Shown: one piece after another, positions 41,536 through 53,111 of the stretch
Layout of the letters: each line of letters begins with the position of its first letter
Numbering within the stretch: position 1 is the first letter of the stretch
Source: an uncultured Gemmatimonadaceae bacterium
GTDB lineage: Bacteria > Gemmatimonadota > Gemmatimonadetes > Gemmatimonadales > Gemmatimonadaceae
Assembly: GCA_963781585.1 (NCBI GenBank)
Contig: CAWAGQ010000012.1
Location: forward strand, 14,307 to 78,306
Reading direction: 5' to 3'
Length of the DNA: 64,000 nt
The notes under the pieces: generated by a model
The model's database searches: none
What the model was told of the DNA's origin: nothing
The model's input: the letters and a program-made list of their open reading frames with translations, nothing else
Made by a program: the position numbers and the translations under genes

Positions 41536-44500
41536 GTGTCACTCGTCTCGATCGCCGTCCGCCGCCCGGTTTCCACGGTTGCCGCCACCCTGGGCATCGT
41601 GCTGCTCGGTTCGGTGTCGTTAGGCCGCATGCCGGTCTCGCTGCTGCCCGACGTCACGCTGCCGGTCCTGACCATCCGCACGCTGTACCCGGGGGCCGCC
41701 GCGCCGGAGGTCTCGCGGTTCGTGGCCGAGCCGATCGAGAAAGTCGATCGCCGCGATGCCCGGGCTGGTGGAGCTGCGCTCGGCGAGCCGGAACGGCGAG
41801 GTGACCACCACGGCGCGGTTCTCGTGGGGCACCGACATGCAGACCACGCTGCTCAACATGCGCGAGCGGCTGGACAACGCGCGCGGAAGCGCTGCCGGAG
41901 CGCGCCGAGCGGCCCACGCTCCTCACCAGCGACCCGGGCGAGCGCCCGATCGCCGTGCTCAGCCTGGGCATCCAGGGCAGCCTGCGCGACCTGGCGCGGA
42001 CCGCCGAGGACGTCTACGCACGCCGCCTGGAGCAGATCGCCGGGGTCTCCGAGCGTGGCGGTGGTGGGCGCGCCGGACGACGAGATCCGCGTGGAGGTCG
42101 ATCCCGAGCGGATGCGCGCGCTGGGCGTGACCAGCGACGACATCGCCCGCGCGATTCGCGCCGAGAACGCGACCGGAACCAGCGGGACCATCCGGCGCGG
42201 CCAGTTCCGCTTCACGGTGCGGACGATGACCGAGTTCCGCACGCCGGACGAAATCGGGGAGACGCCGGTGGGGCGGGCGGGGAGCGGCATCAAGCTGCGC
42301 GACCTGGCGGCGATCGACGTGACCACGGCCGACCCGCTCACGCTCACGCGCCTCGACAGCAAGCCGGCCGTGGGGCTGGTGGTCTACAAGGATGCCGGCG
42401 CCAACACGGTTTCGGTGACGAGCGAGCTGGAGAAGGTGGTGGGCCAGCTCCGCACCGAGTTTCCCGGCATCACGCTGACGATCGTGGCCGAGCAGGCACA
42501 GTTCGTGTCCGCGGCGCTCGGCAACCTGTGGCAGGAGATCATCGTCGGCGGGCTCCTGTCGCTGGGCGTGATTCTGCTGTTCCTGCGGGACTGGCGGCTC
42601 TCGCTGGCGATCGGGATGATGGTGCCGCTGTCGGTGCTGGTGGCGCTGGTGATCCTGCAGGGGATGCACGTCACCATCAACGTTCTGTCGTTAGGCGGGC
42701 TGGCGCTGGGGGTCGGCCTGCTGGTGGACAACGCCATCGTGGTAGCCGAGGCGGCGGTGCGGAAGCGGGAGGAGGGGCTGCCGCTCGACCAGGCGACGCT
42801 GATCGCCACCGAGGAAGTCTCGGGGCCGCTGATCGCCGGCACGCTCACCACGCTGCTGGTGTTCGGGCCGATCATCTTCGTGCGCGGGCTGGCGGCGGTC
42901 CTGTTCCGCGATCTCTCGCTGTCGGTGGTGATGAGCGTGGGGGCGTCGCTCATTCTCGCGCTGACGCTGATGCCGGTGATGGTGATCGGCCGCCGCCGCG
43001 CTTCGCTGAGCCAACCGGATCGGAAGCGACCGGTGCGTGCAGGGCGCGGCGTCGGATCGACGCACCCACCCGGCAGTCCCGACGGCGGTCGGCCGCCAGC
43101 CATCTCGCTGGTCACGGGCATCGGGGCGCGCCGGAGACAGGCTGGCTCCGGTGGTTCACCGCCATGGGCGAGTGGTTCGAGGGGCAGTACACGCGCGGGA
43201 TGAAGTGGTCGCTGGCGAATCCCGGTCCCCGTGCTCGTGATCACGGTCGGCGTCGCTGGCGTTCACCGTGTGGGTCACCATGCGCCTGCCGCGCGAGATC
43301 CTGCCGCAGGTACAGGAACGGGTGGTGGTGGCATCGCTGCAGCTCACCGAGGGGACGGCGATCGAGGAAACCACCCGCCAGGTGGCCCGGCTGGAGGACG
43401 CCGCTCACGCGTTAGGCTCGACGAATGTGTACAGCCGGGTGGGCGATCGCCACCGACGAGGAGATCCTGGCCGGCGCCGAGCCGGGGACGTCGGCTACCG
43501 CGCAGCTTATTCTCCCGGTGCCCGCGCGCGGCGACGCGCTCGGCTTCGCCGATGCGCTGCGGCGCGCGGTCCCCGACCTGGCCCAGGGCGCGCTGGCGCT
43601 CGACGTGGCCGGCGCCTCGGAATTCGGGAGCCTGATCGGGCGCGAAGGCCGGGTGGTGCGGGTCGAGATCAGCGCCCACACCGTCGAAGAAGCCGAGGTG
43701 TGGGCCGACACCGCGCGGGCGCGCCTGCGCGGGGTGTCGTCGCTCTCCGACGTGCGCGACGCGCAGGAGGGGCTGCAGCCGGTGGTAGAGGTGACGCTCG
43801 ATCGCGACCGCATCGCCCAGCGCGGACTGTCGTGTGGACGCGGTGTCGAACGCGCTGGCGGGCGGACTGGGGGGGGTCGACGCCAGCGAGCTCCGCGAGA
43901 CCGACCGGCGCACCCCGATCACCGTGCGGTTCGCGGGCGCGGCCAACGAGAACCTGGCCGCGGCGATGAACACGCTGGTGGCGGGCGTACCAGTGGCGCA
44001 GCTGATCCAGGTCAACGAGACGAAAGCCCCGATCGAGGTCGTGCGCGTGGGTCAGCGCCCGGTGGTGGCGGTGGAGGCGCTCATCGAACGCGGGGGCACC
44101 AGTCACGCGTCCGACGATGTCTCGCAGGTCATGTCCTCGCTCAGGATGCCGGTGGGAGTGAGCTGGACGGTGAGCGGGGCCAACGCCGAGCAACAGCGCA
44201 CTACCAACGAGCTCACCCTGGTCGCGATCCTGTCCGCCGCGCTGATGTTCCTGGTGCTGGCCGGCGAATTCGCCTCGTTCACCGTGCCGCTGGTGGTGAT
44301 GCTCACCGTCCCCCTGGCGGCCGCCGGCGGTCTGGTGTTCCTGTGGATGACGGGGCAGAGCATCAACGCGGTATCGCTCATCGGCATCGTCGTCATGATC
44401 GGCATGGCCGACAACGAAGCGGTGGTGAAGCTCGACGCGGTGCGCCGGTTCCGCGAGATGGGCCACTCGATCGAGGACGCCGTCTTGTTAGGCGGGCACC

Positions 44501-44847
44501 AGCGGCTGCGGGCGATCGCCATGACGTCCATCACCACGATCACCGGCGTGCTGCCGCTGGTGTTCGGGGGCGGCAGCGGCGGCGCGCTGTACCAGCCGCT
44601 GGCGGCGGGGGTCATCGGCGGCAGCGTGTCGGCGCTGGCGGTGACGTTCTTCCTGCTGCCGACCGCGTACGCGGTGCTCGAACGGCGTACCGAGCGGCGC
44701 AAGCTGCGGTCGCAGGGCGGCGGGGCGGCCACGGACGCGCGACCGGTCGCGTCAGGGACCCAGGCGTCGCCGGCCGCAGTGCACATGGTGATCGAGCGCG
44801 ACAGCCCGCGGGCGCCAGGATTGGGCGCCCTGGATTCGGAGAGGTGA
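41536..44847 (+). CDS. RND transporter permease subunit 1 (frameshifted)
   Basis: AVRRPV, GLALGVGLLVDNAIVVAE, GTLTT, RLRAIAMTSITT, FFLLP. Confidence 0.92.
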
Positions 44848-44851
44848 TCGC

Positions 44852-47800
44852 ATGATCCGCTGGGCGGTATCCCGTCCTGCCGTCGTATGGGCCACGAGCA
44901 TCACCATCGTGCTGGGCGGAGCGGTGGCGTTCACGCGGCTGGTCCTGGGCTCGGCGTCGGTGGAGCTGCCCAGGCTGAACGTGTCGATACCGTGGCCGGG
45001 TGCCGCGGCCGAACTGGTCGAGATGTACGTCGCCACGCCGGTGGAAGCCGCGATTCAGAGCGTGCGCGGGGTGCGCAAGACGCACAGCGATTCCAACGAG
45101 GGCATGGTGGCGCTCACCGTGGAACTCGAGCCCCGCGCCGACGTGCAGATCACGCGGCTGGCAATCCTCGAGCGGCTCGAGCTGCTGCAGCCGACATTCG
45201 ACTCGCTGCGAATCGGGCGCCCGTCGGTCACCAACTATGTGCCGAAGGACCTGAGCGAGGAGCCGCTCATCACGCTCTCGATCAACGGGCCGTATACGGC
45301 CGGGGCATTGGTCAAGCTCAGCACCGACGTGCTCGAGCCGCGCCTGTCGGCGGTCCCGGGGGTGGCGGGGATCGGGACGCAGGGCGGCACGTCACTGGGC
45401 GTTTCGGTTGCCTACGACCCGAGTTTTCTCCGACAGGTGGGCGTGGCGCCGGCCGCGGTCCAGGCGGCGCTGCTGCGCGCGCGGGTGGTGCAGGCGGTGG
45501 GCGACGCACAACAGGGTTCGATGGAGCGCGAGGTCACGATCCGCGATCAGCCGAACGTGATTTCGGATCTCGACAAGCTGCCGGTGATCGGCCGGGCGGG
45601 CCGCGTGTTCCGGCTGGGCGAGCTCGCCACGGTGCGTCCGGACGAAGACGCGAATGGGGCGTTCTACCGCGTGGACGGCCAGCCGGCGGTGATCCTGCAG
45701 ATCTCCCGCCTTCCGGGTTCGGACGCGATCAAGACCGCGGCGGCGGTGCGGGCCGCGCTCGCCGAGCTCAAGCCCAAGCTCCCGCTGGGCGTGCGTCTCG
45801 AGATCCGGAACGACACCAGCGAGGACATGGCGCACGACCTGCGCGATCTGCTGACGCGTGGCGCGATCGCGTTCGGCGCGGTCATTCTGGTCATCGCGAT
45901 CATGTTGCGCGACGCGCGCGCGGTGGCACTGGTGATCGGGAGCGCGGCGGTGGCCATTTCCGGCACCGCACTGGGGCTGTTCATCTTCAGGATCCCGGCG
46001 AACATGCTGACGCTGGCGGGGCTGGCGATGGGCATCGGAATACTCGTGCAGAACGGGCTGGTGGTGGCCGAGCGACTGGGGACGGTGCCCGATTCGCCGC
46101 GAGCGCGCGGCGACGCGGCGGCGCGCATCACGCCGGCGGTGATCGGCGCCACGATGACGACGGCGGTGGTGCTGTTCCCGTTCCTCTATCTGCAGGGCGA
46201 CACGCGGGCGGCGTTCGTCCCGTTCGCCTCGGCGTTCGCGATGGCGCTCGCCTGGTCGGTGCTGGCGTCGGTGGTGATGATCCCGGCGCTCGCCAAGGGG
46301 CACCGGATCCACGAGGCCAGCTGGCCCCGGATCCGACACGTGTACGCGCGGATCATCGCGCCCCTGATCCGGTGGCGGTGGATCACGTTAGGCGTGACGG
46401 TGCTGGCGCTCGGCGGACTCACCTGGGTGTTCGTCAAGAAGGTGCCGCGGTTCTCGTTCTCCGGCTTCGGGCAGCAGCGCACCTATCTCACGGCGTCGAT
46501 CAGCTTCCCGCGCGGCTCCGATCCCGAGGGCCTCGACCGGTCGATCCGCGAGCTCGAGGACATCGCCGTCGGCAAGCCGGGCGTGGAGCGGACGCAGGCC
46601 TACTCGGGAGGGAGCACCAGTGCCTTTCTGAACGTGATGTTCACGCACGAGTCGGAGTACTCAGCGCGATTCCGCTGGAGATGGAAGAGCTGATGACGCA
46701 GCGGGCGGTGCTGATCGGGGGGGCGAATGTGAGTGTGCACGGCCAGGGGCCGGGGTTCTACTCGGGGATGGGGTCGATGGGGATGGCGTCGTTCCGCATC
46801 CGGGTGCTGGGGTACTCGTTCTCGGGCGTGGAGGCGCTCGCCAGGGATCTCAAGGAGCGCCTGGAGCGCATCCCGCGGGTGCGCGACGTGGACATCGGCA
46901 CCACCTCGTTCGGCTACGGCGGCGGGGAGAAGGCGTTCGCGATCACCATCGAGCCCAATCGCGCCGTGCTGGCGCAATACGGGCTCACGGCGCAGGACCT
47001 CACGTACGCGGTGGGCCGCGAGATCCGCGGCGCCGCCGGGCAGATGCGGCTCGAGATCGGGGGCGAGGAGATCAACGTCCGCCTCAAGACGTCGGGATCA
47101 CGCGAGCGCACGCTCAACGAGCTGCGCGACGCGATGATCCCGACGCCGTCCGGCGGATCAGTGCGCCTGAGCGCGGTGTCGAACGTGAGCGAGCGCGAGG
47201 CGCTCAGCACCATCAGCCGCGAGGACCAGCAGTTCATCCGGGTGGTGGCGTACGAGTTCCGCGGTCCCAACAAGCTGGCGCAGCGCACCCACGACGCGTT
47301 CATGAAGACCGTCAGCACCCCGCCGGGCTACACGGTGGAGGACGCGGCGTACAGCTTTTACGGGCAGGACAAGAGCGAGCAGGGGCTGTGGCTGGTGTTC
47401 AGCATCGGGATCGTGCTGGTGATTCTGTCGGTGGCGCTGGTATTCGACTCGGTCTGGGCGGCCGGCGTCGTGTTCGCCAGCCTGCCCGTGGCGTTAGGCG
47501 GGGTGGTGGCTGATCTTCTGGCTGGCCAACGCGGCATTCACCCGCGAGGCGGCGGTCGGGGTGATCCTGGTGGTGGGACACGCGGTGAACCAGGCGATCC
47601 TGCTGGTCGACTCGGCGCTCCAGAAGCGGCGCGCCAACCGCCGGCGCGGGGCGCCCGGGCTCGGCATCCGTCAGGTGCTGCGGTCGGCGCTCGACCGCGG
47701 GGGGATGATCGTCCTGGTCACACTCAGCACGCTGGCCAGCCTGCTCCCGCTGGCGATCGGGACCAGGACGACGTCGCTGTTCGGGGCGATCGCGCTGGCG

Positions 47801-47881
47801 GCGGCGGGCGGGATGACGGCCGGCACGTTAGGCGCGCTGTTCGTGGTGCCGGCGATGCTGGTGGGGCGGCGCCGGCGGTGA
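44852..47881 (+). CDS. RND transporter permease subunit 2 (frameshifted near 46660 and 47510)
   Basis: WAVSRP, TLAGLAMGIGILVQNG, ATMTT, LLPLAIG...LFVVPAML. Confidence 0.9.
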
Positions 47882-48142
47882 GTACGGCGCCGGCCGCAGT
47901 CGATTACGCGGCACCACCGGTGCGCAAATCTGGGCCGGTTGGGCGATCTTCACCTACGATCTCGACACGCTCAGCAGGAAAGCGACGACCGGCCGAGCGG
48001 CATGCCAGCAGACTCGCGACAGCTCATGATCGGCGATGACACCAACACGCAGCCATGACACGAAGCAAATCTCAGCAGGGGGCAACACGGGTCACTCCTC
48101 CCTTGTCGCTTCTCCCAATCCCGATTTTTCCGGGGGAAGTAG

Positions 48143-48497
48143 TTAGAGCCGATCTTGCGGGCTTGTGGGCAGTGTGAGCAGCGCATCGTCGCTGTCAGCA
48201 GCGAAGGCCGCGAGTCGGGACCGATTCCGCAACAAGAGACCCGCGATCACGGCTGTGCCGGCGTTCCCCACCACCAGCCAGACCACCTTGGGCGGATGAC
48301 CGCGGAGGAAGCTGAGTTGACGGAAGTCGTCGTCCTTGGACACAACGAGGAAGCCGTGCTCGGCCGCGTATCGCCAAACCGCAATATCCGGTTGACCATG
48401 TAACTCGAGTTCGTCAACATGCGCGGTCTCCGGAAAGGCGGCCGTCAACCGGGCGACAAGTTTGTGGGCTGAGGTTCTCGTCGAGAAGGAGCTTCAC
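48143..48497 (-). CDS. DUF5615 PIN-like toxin (frameshift near start)
   Basis: VKLLLDENL..., DIAVWRYA, VSKDDDF, PPKVVWL; overlaps the DUF433 stop. Confidence 0.85.
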
Positions 48498-48721
48498 ACC
48501 CCCGATCCGGACGCCAGGCGACGCTCACGGGCAGCGGCAAAGGCCAGAGCGGCCCGTACATGCTCCGGGGCCAGAGCCGGAAACTCCTCAAGCAGCTGCT
48601 TCTCGCTCATCCCGCCAGCGAGATACTCCAGAACGTCATAGACAGTGATCCGGGTGCCTTTGAAGCAGGGCTTCCCGCTGCGAACCTCGGGCCGGATCTC
48701 GATGTAGTCGTCCAATCGCAT
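48494..48721 (-). CDS. DUF433 antitoxin
   Basis: MRLDDYIEIRPEVRSGKPCFKGTRITVYDVLEYLAGGMS...FPAL...VRAALAFAA. Confidence 0.92.
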   Translation of the reverse strand: MRLDDYIEIRPEVRSGKPCFKGTRITVYDVLEYLAGGMSEKQLLEEFPALAPEHVRAALAFAAARERRLASGSGV

Positions 48722-48803
48722 GGCGATACGATAGGCTCCGCACGAAAGCGCGACAAGAGCACGCGGCTCGAGATGGGATGCGCTCAACGCTGTGCATCGG
48801 CGT

Positions 48804-48944
48804 CCGCTGCCGCTGGCGATCGGGACCAAAACGACGTCGCTGTTCGGGGCGATCGCGCTCGGGGCGGCGGGCGGGATGACGGCGGGCACGTTAGTTAGGC
48901 GCGCTGTTCGTGGTGCCGGCGATGCTGGTGGGCCGGCGCCGGCG
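48804..48944 (+). repeat. direct-repeat copy of the RND2 3' end (47741-47877)
   Basis: About 137-bp near-identical copy with a TTAG 4-bp duplication. Confidence 0.95.
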
Positions 48945-48984
48945 TCGTTGACCAATGTGGCTACATGGAGCTACATTCAAATCC

Positions 48985-49293
48985 ATGATATCCGCCGGGA
49001 TTCGAGACCTGAAGAACAACCTGAGCCGCTACCTGCGGGGGCTCCGGCCCGGCGACGTCATTGCCATTACGGACCGAGGCCGCATCGTGGCGGAGCTTCG
49101 CGCACCATCCTCGCAGGGTAGCGCGAGCGCGGCTCCGTCCCCGCTGACGGGCGGGACGCGCGACTCCTGGCCGCAGGCGTCATCCGGGCGGCGCGTGAGT
49201 CCGGGGATCCCCTCGGCGACGTGGAAACGACGCGCGGGCGGCGGCACCCAGGGCACGGTCGCGGCGCTGATTCGAGAAGACCGGGGTGACTGA
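48985..49293 (+). CDS. Phd/YefM-family antitoxin (possible internal frameshifts)
   Basis: MISAGIRDLKNNLSRYL...IAITDRGRIVAEL. Confidence 0.88.
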   Translation: MISAGIRDLKNNLSRYLRGLRPGDVIAITDRGRIVAELRAPSSQGSASAAPSPLTGGTRDSWPQASSGRRVSPGIPSATWKRRAGGGTQGTVAALIREDRGD

Positions 49294-49741
49294 GCCGCGG
49301 GCACCGGCCGCACCCGATCCGTTCGAGCCCATTCGGTATATCGAGTCCAGTGCCCTTCTGTCGGCGATCCTCGAGCGCGATCCGGGTGCCATGCGTGCCG
49401 TTCGCCGACGCGGGCGTCGTGTGACGTCCGTGCTGACGATCGCGGAGTCGCACCGGGCGCTCGTTCGCGCCCGTGCGACAAACCGGCTCGATGCCGGACA
49501 GGTACGGGCGGCGGTGCGGTCGCTTCGGGCGTTCGCTGCGCGATGCGACCTGGTCGCCATCAGCGACGACGTGCTGCTCCGCGCGGGCCGGGCCTTTCCG
49601 TTCGAACCCCTACGGACGCTGGATGCGATCCACCTCGCCACGGCCGACCTGCTGGGTGAGCCTCCCGCCGTGGTCACCATCGTCACGCGCGACACACGCG
49701 TGCGCGAAAACGCCGCCGCGCTCGGCTACCCGACGGAATAG
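49286..49741 (+). CDS. vapC: VapC PIN-domain toxin
   Basis: YIESSALL, TSVLTIAE, LRTLDAIHLATA, VTRD. Confidence 0.9.
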   Translation: MTEPRAPAAPDPFEPIRYIESSALLSAILERDPGAMRAVRRRGRRVTSVLTIAESHRALVRARATNRLDAGQVRAAVRSLRAFAARCDLVAISDDVLLRAGRAFPFEPLRTLDAIHLATADLLGEPPAVVTIVTRDTRVRENAAALGYPTE

Positions 49742-49767
49742 GTGGTGTTCAGCACTACATGATGGAT

Positions 49768-49834
49768 GTGGGGCCCCGGCGCGCTCCGCGCCCCGCGGTT
49801 CCCACCGCGTAGCCCGGCCCGGAAACGACATCGG
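49768..49834 (+). repeat. direct repeat of the last bases of the RND tail plus its downstream sequence (matches 52959-53027)
   Basis: gcgcgctccgcg.cccgcggttcccaccgcgtagcccggcccggaa(a)cgacatcgg present at both sites. Confidence 0.93.
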
Positions 49835-49842
49835 CAGGACCC

Positions 49843-51662
49843 TCAGGGAGGGGAGGCGGAGGGCACGGCGGCCACGATCAGCGTGACCCGCCGCAGGGTA
49901 CTGTTCGACACTCTCCCAACATCGTCCGTTGTAGTTCGGGGAACTGTCAGCGTTCCCAAGTACTCCGTTCCGGACGTCGTCAGGACACGGGCCTGAATCG
50001 GTAACGAAGCGGGAATCCCGCACAATACGAAACCGCCACGCTCGTCGCTGTGGGCTTCAATGATCGTCTGAACCTGAGCTTCGTGCGGCTCCGACCAGCT
50101 GAACGTCAGGGTTGCGGAGCCCAGCGCAGCGCTGTCAGAGGTAATGACATCGCCGAGCACAACGAGATGTGGCTCATTTTCCCGGACGCCCAGGCAGCCC
50201 TCGACGGGAGCGCGCCAGGGCAGTCGCAGCTGCACGTTCCCGGTCCGATCCTGCTCCAGCACGACGGCCACGGATGCGATGCGCTTCACTACCTGCTGCA
50301 GCATCGTGTCGGCTTGGAGCTTACCGCCCGTATCCAGTCTGAATTGTGGAATGGCGACGGAGTCGAGCACCCGAACGGTGTATGGACCGGGAAGAAGTTC
50401 GCTGAACGCGAAGTGACCTTCTGCGTCAGTGCGCACCTGCCGATCGGTGGAATCGAGCAACACGCTTGCGCCAGGTACCGCCTGCGTGGTACCGCTGTTC
50501 AGCACGTTCCCGTCCAGCGCTGCCAGCGGGGTCGACCAGACCGTTCCGTCGGCGAGCGTCCCGGACGCAATCAGTCCTCCGCTCTCATGAAGTTCACCCG
50601 GAGCCGCGATCTCTCCCACAACCTGGACACGTCCCCACCTTACGAGTCCGGTTGGCAGGTATTTCAGCCTGGGCGAACGAATGTGCCAGTATCTGATGAT
50701 CGGCACGCCGTTCGAGAGCGACTCGAACTCGATCGTGCCTCCGGCGTGGGAGTCCGAGATGGCCGCGTCGACCCCACGGTACTCGAAGTCCAGGACGCGG
50801 AGCCGAGCGGAGCGCGAGATAGCCAGAGGACGCCCGAGATGTCCGGGATGGAGTCTCTTCCGCGTACGGGTGCGAAGGCGACGCCAATTTCGGTTGGACG
50901 ACGCCGGTCGCGGCGAATGGAAAGGCAGTGTGTGGCAGCAAAACTCGGAGCCAGCAGCACCTCGGGATCAGGCGCGTAATACACGACGCTGCTTTCACGC
51001 CTTTCCACGTAGCCGGCCCGCGTGAATTCCCCTGCATTCCGATCGGCGCGAATCGGAGTGACGTTCGCGGTCGTGACACGCTTCGAAGATTGTCGGACGG
51101 TGCGTTGGCCATCGCTGTCGAGGAGGCGGTCGAAGAGGATCTGCCTGACTGTGCCCGTTTGCGGCTGATTGGTGCTGGCGATGACCATGGCAACCAACGC
51201 ATCCGTCGCAGCGGTCCACGTGGCAAGCGCCTCGCGCTGGTCGGATCGTCTTGGACAGATCGGATTCGACGTTACGGCGACCGGCCGAAGCCGGGTCCCG
51301 AGCGGCGTCATTGCTACAACGAGATGTTCCTCGCCATTTGCGTGGAGCGGCCTCTCATACGGCAAGTACCCGATGCGGATGACCCGGAGAGCGCTGGCTC
51401 CATCACGCTGGATACGGAACGATCCGCTGTCAGACGACAGTGTGCGGGCGACGGTCATTCCGTCCGCGGCCAGAACCGCGACGACCGCCCCGGGAACAGC
51501 TGCGTCCGTTACGACATCACGCACGACACCGGTCAGTTGCTGCGACGCCGCGATGCGCGCGCCCAGGCACATCGCGACGATGCCCGGCAGCGAGTGACGA
51601 ACCAGACGAAAACATGAATGTGCGTGCAACATGGCCGTATCGCTTGTCGGCTGGACCTGCAT
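49843..51662 (-). CDS. secreted carboxypeptidase-regulatory-like domain protein (frameshift near 50790)
   Basis: LTGVVRD...VPGAVV, IRIGYLP, YYAPD, TDAEGHFAFSELLPGPYTV, GGFVLCG. Confidence 0.75.
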
Positions 51663-51693
51663 TCCGTATCATCGGATAACCGCTCCGAAGTGA

Positions 51694-52914
51694 ATGTCAA
51701 TCCCGGCGCAGACAGCGTGGGTTCACGCCTTCGCGGGAGACGCCGTGCGTACGGCAGGCCGCATCATCGCCCTGGTCGCGGCAGTCGCGTCCTCATCCGA
51801 AGCCGTCGCCCAGGAGGGCCGTCTGGTCGCGAATGACCAACCGGCGTCCGAACTCCAGTACGAGTTCACGCAGGTCCCCGGCGTGTTCGAACTCCGCGAC
51901 GGAAGGGTCGTGGTCGTAGACGAAGGCGATGCGTCGATCGGTATCGTGGACTTCCGGACAGGGCACCTGACGGTACTCGGACGCCATGGGGCCGGCCCCG
52001 CCGAGTATCGGATGCCGACCGTGATATACCCGTTAGGTGGCGATAGCCTGGCCGTACTCGATGACGCCGACGGGAGACTGCTCGTGATCGCACGCGACGG
52101 GAAGGCGGGCGGGTTCCTCTGGCCGCGCTCTCACCAGCCGGAAGCCGCCGGTATCGCCGCGACGACGGGCGACGGACGCGGGTTCCTGTACGGCGTGGCG
52201 CCCCCTGCGAAGCGAACGAGCGGCGGAGAGCTCGTGCTGACGGATTCTGCCCCGGTCCTCCGGTGGCCATTGGTGGGCGGACCGGTCGACACCGTTGCGG
52301 TGATCTATCGACCGCCGCCACACGGCGCCGTTGCCTCGCCATACGGCGCGATCGCGACACCGGGTAATGTCCCGGCACTGCTCACTCGGGACAGATGGGC
52401 TGTCTCCGGAGACGGGCGCGTTGCCGTGATGCACCACGATCCGTTTCAGGTCACCTTCACCTCGGCTTCCGGCGTTCGAGAATCGGGTCCCGTCATCTCG
52501 TACCTCAGACAACCGGTGACCGACTCCGTCAAACGCGCGTATCTCTCGGAGCGGGACATATCACGTGGCCTGATGGTGAACGCGGATGGATCCGCGGTTC
52601 CGATCCGGAGACCGCCGTCCCGGCGAATCGCGACCAGCTGGGCCGAGGAAGTGCCTCCGTTTCTCCCCGAGGCATTCCTTGGTTTTGACGGCAATGGAGT
52701 TCTGTGGGTGCAACGACCGACGTTCGGTCGCGAGGGCGCGCGGTACTATCTCATTGGTTCGGATGGGGCGGTGACCGATCGGATTCGCTTCCCCGAAGGA
52801 TTTCGAGTGGTGGGCTTCGGCCGTAACGCCATGTACCTGGTTCGGCGTGACCTCGACGACTTGGAGCATCTGCAACGTCGTCCATTGCCCAGCCGACCGG
52901 GACGGCGTCCCTGA
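51694..52914 (+). CDS. secreted 6-bladed beta-propeller protein (paralog of 36562-37749)
   Basis: ELRDGRVVVVD, LGRHGAGPAEY, DRWAVSGDGRVAV, DLDDLEHLQR. Confidence 0.8.
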   Translation: MSIPAQTAWVHAFAGDAVRTAGRIIALVAAVASSSEAVAQEGRLVANDQPASELQYEFTQVPGVFELRDGRVVVVDEGDASIGIVDFRTGHLTVLGRHGAGPAEYRMPTVIYPLGGDSLAVLDDADGRLLVIARDGKAGGFLWPRSHQPEAAGIAATTGDGRGFLYGVAPPAKRTSGGELVLTDSAPVLRWPLVGGPVDTVAVIYRPPPHGAVASPYGAIATPGNVPALLTRDRWAVSGDGRVAVMHHDPFQVTFTSASGVRESGPVISYLRQPVTDSVKRAYLSERDISRGLMVNADGSAVPIRRPPSRRIATSWAEEVPPFLPEAFLGFDGNGVLWVQRPTFGREGARYYLIGSDGAVTDRIRFPEGFRVVGFGRNAMYLVRRDLDDLEHLQRRPLPSRPGRRP

Positions 52915-53027
52915 CCGCCGGCACGTTAGGCGCGTTGTTCGTGGTGTCGGCGATGCTGGTGGGCCGGCGCCGGCGCGCTCCGCGTCCCGCGGTTCCCACC
53001 GCGTAGCCCGGCCCGGAACGACATCGG
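52912..53027 (+). repeat. third copy of the RND2 3' tail joined to the downstream repeat
   Basis: 52912-52975 matches 47814-47877; 52976-53027 matches 49782-49834. Confidence 0.93.
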
Positions 53028-53049
53028 GGCGCGGTGTCGCGCCCCGATG
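53022..53049. terminator. 12-bp hairpin between convergent genes
   Basis: catcggggcgcg-gtgt-cgcgccccgatg; no clear U-tract. Confidence 0.45.
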
Positions 53050-53111
53050 CGGTCACTTCATTTTCCACCCACGGTCCCCGTCAGCGGCTGGCTGCGCCCG
53101 CGGAGATGGCC

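Noticed and set aside
15788..47881. Mass pseudogenisation or programmed frameshifting (pilS, pilR, arfB, protease, dehydratase, ABC permease, RNDs)
   Set aside because: Lesions look like scattered 1-bp indels clustered by region rather than by function, with motifs intact. This fits low-coverage long-read consensus error; read polishing would decide.
44887..48039. 1050-aa ORF and other long overlapping ORFs (e.g. 546-2057, 4863-6554, 26975-28603)
   Set aside because: Shadow or off-frame ORFs typical of high-GC DNA. Only the segment from about 46660 to 47510 of the 1050-aa ORF is real RND sequence, reached through a frameshift.
47882..48142. Additional small gene in the first cassette
   Set aside because: No convincing start, RBS or recognisable motif. 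It may be a remnant, but I cannot support that.
47741..53049. Integron with attC sites (GTTAGGC matches GTTRRRY)
   Set aside because: No paired RYYYAAC...GTTRRRY palindromes, no intI in the window, and the repeats are direct copies of coding sequence.
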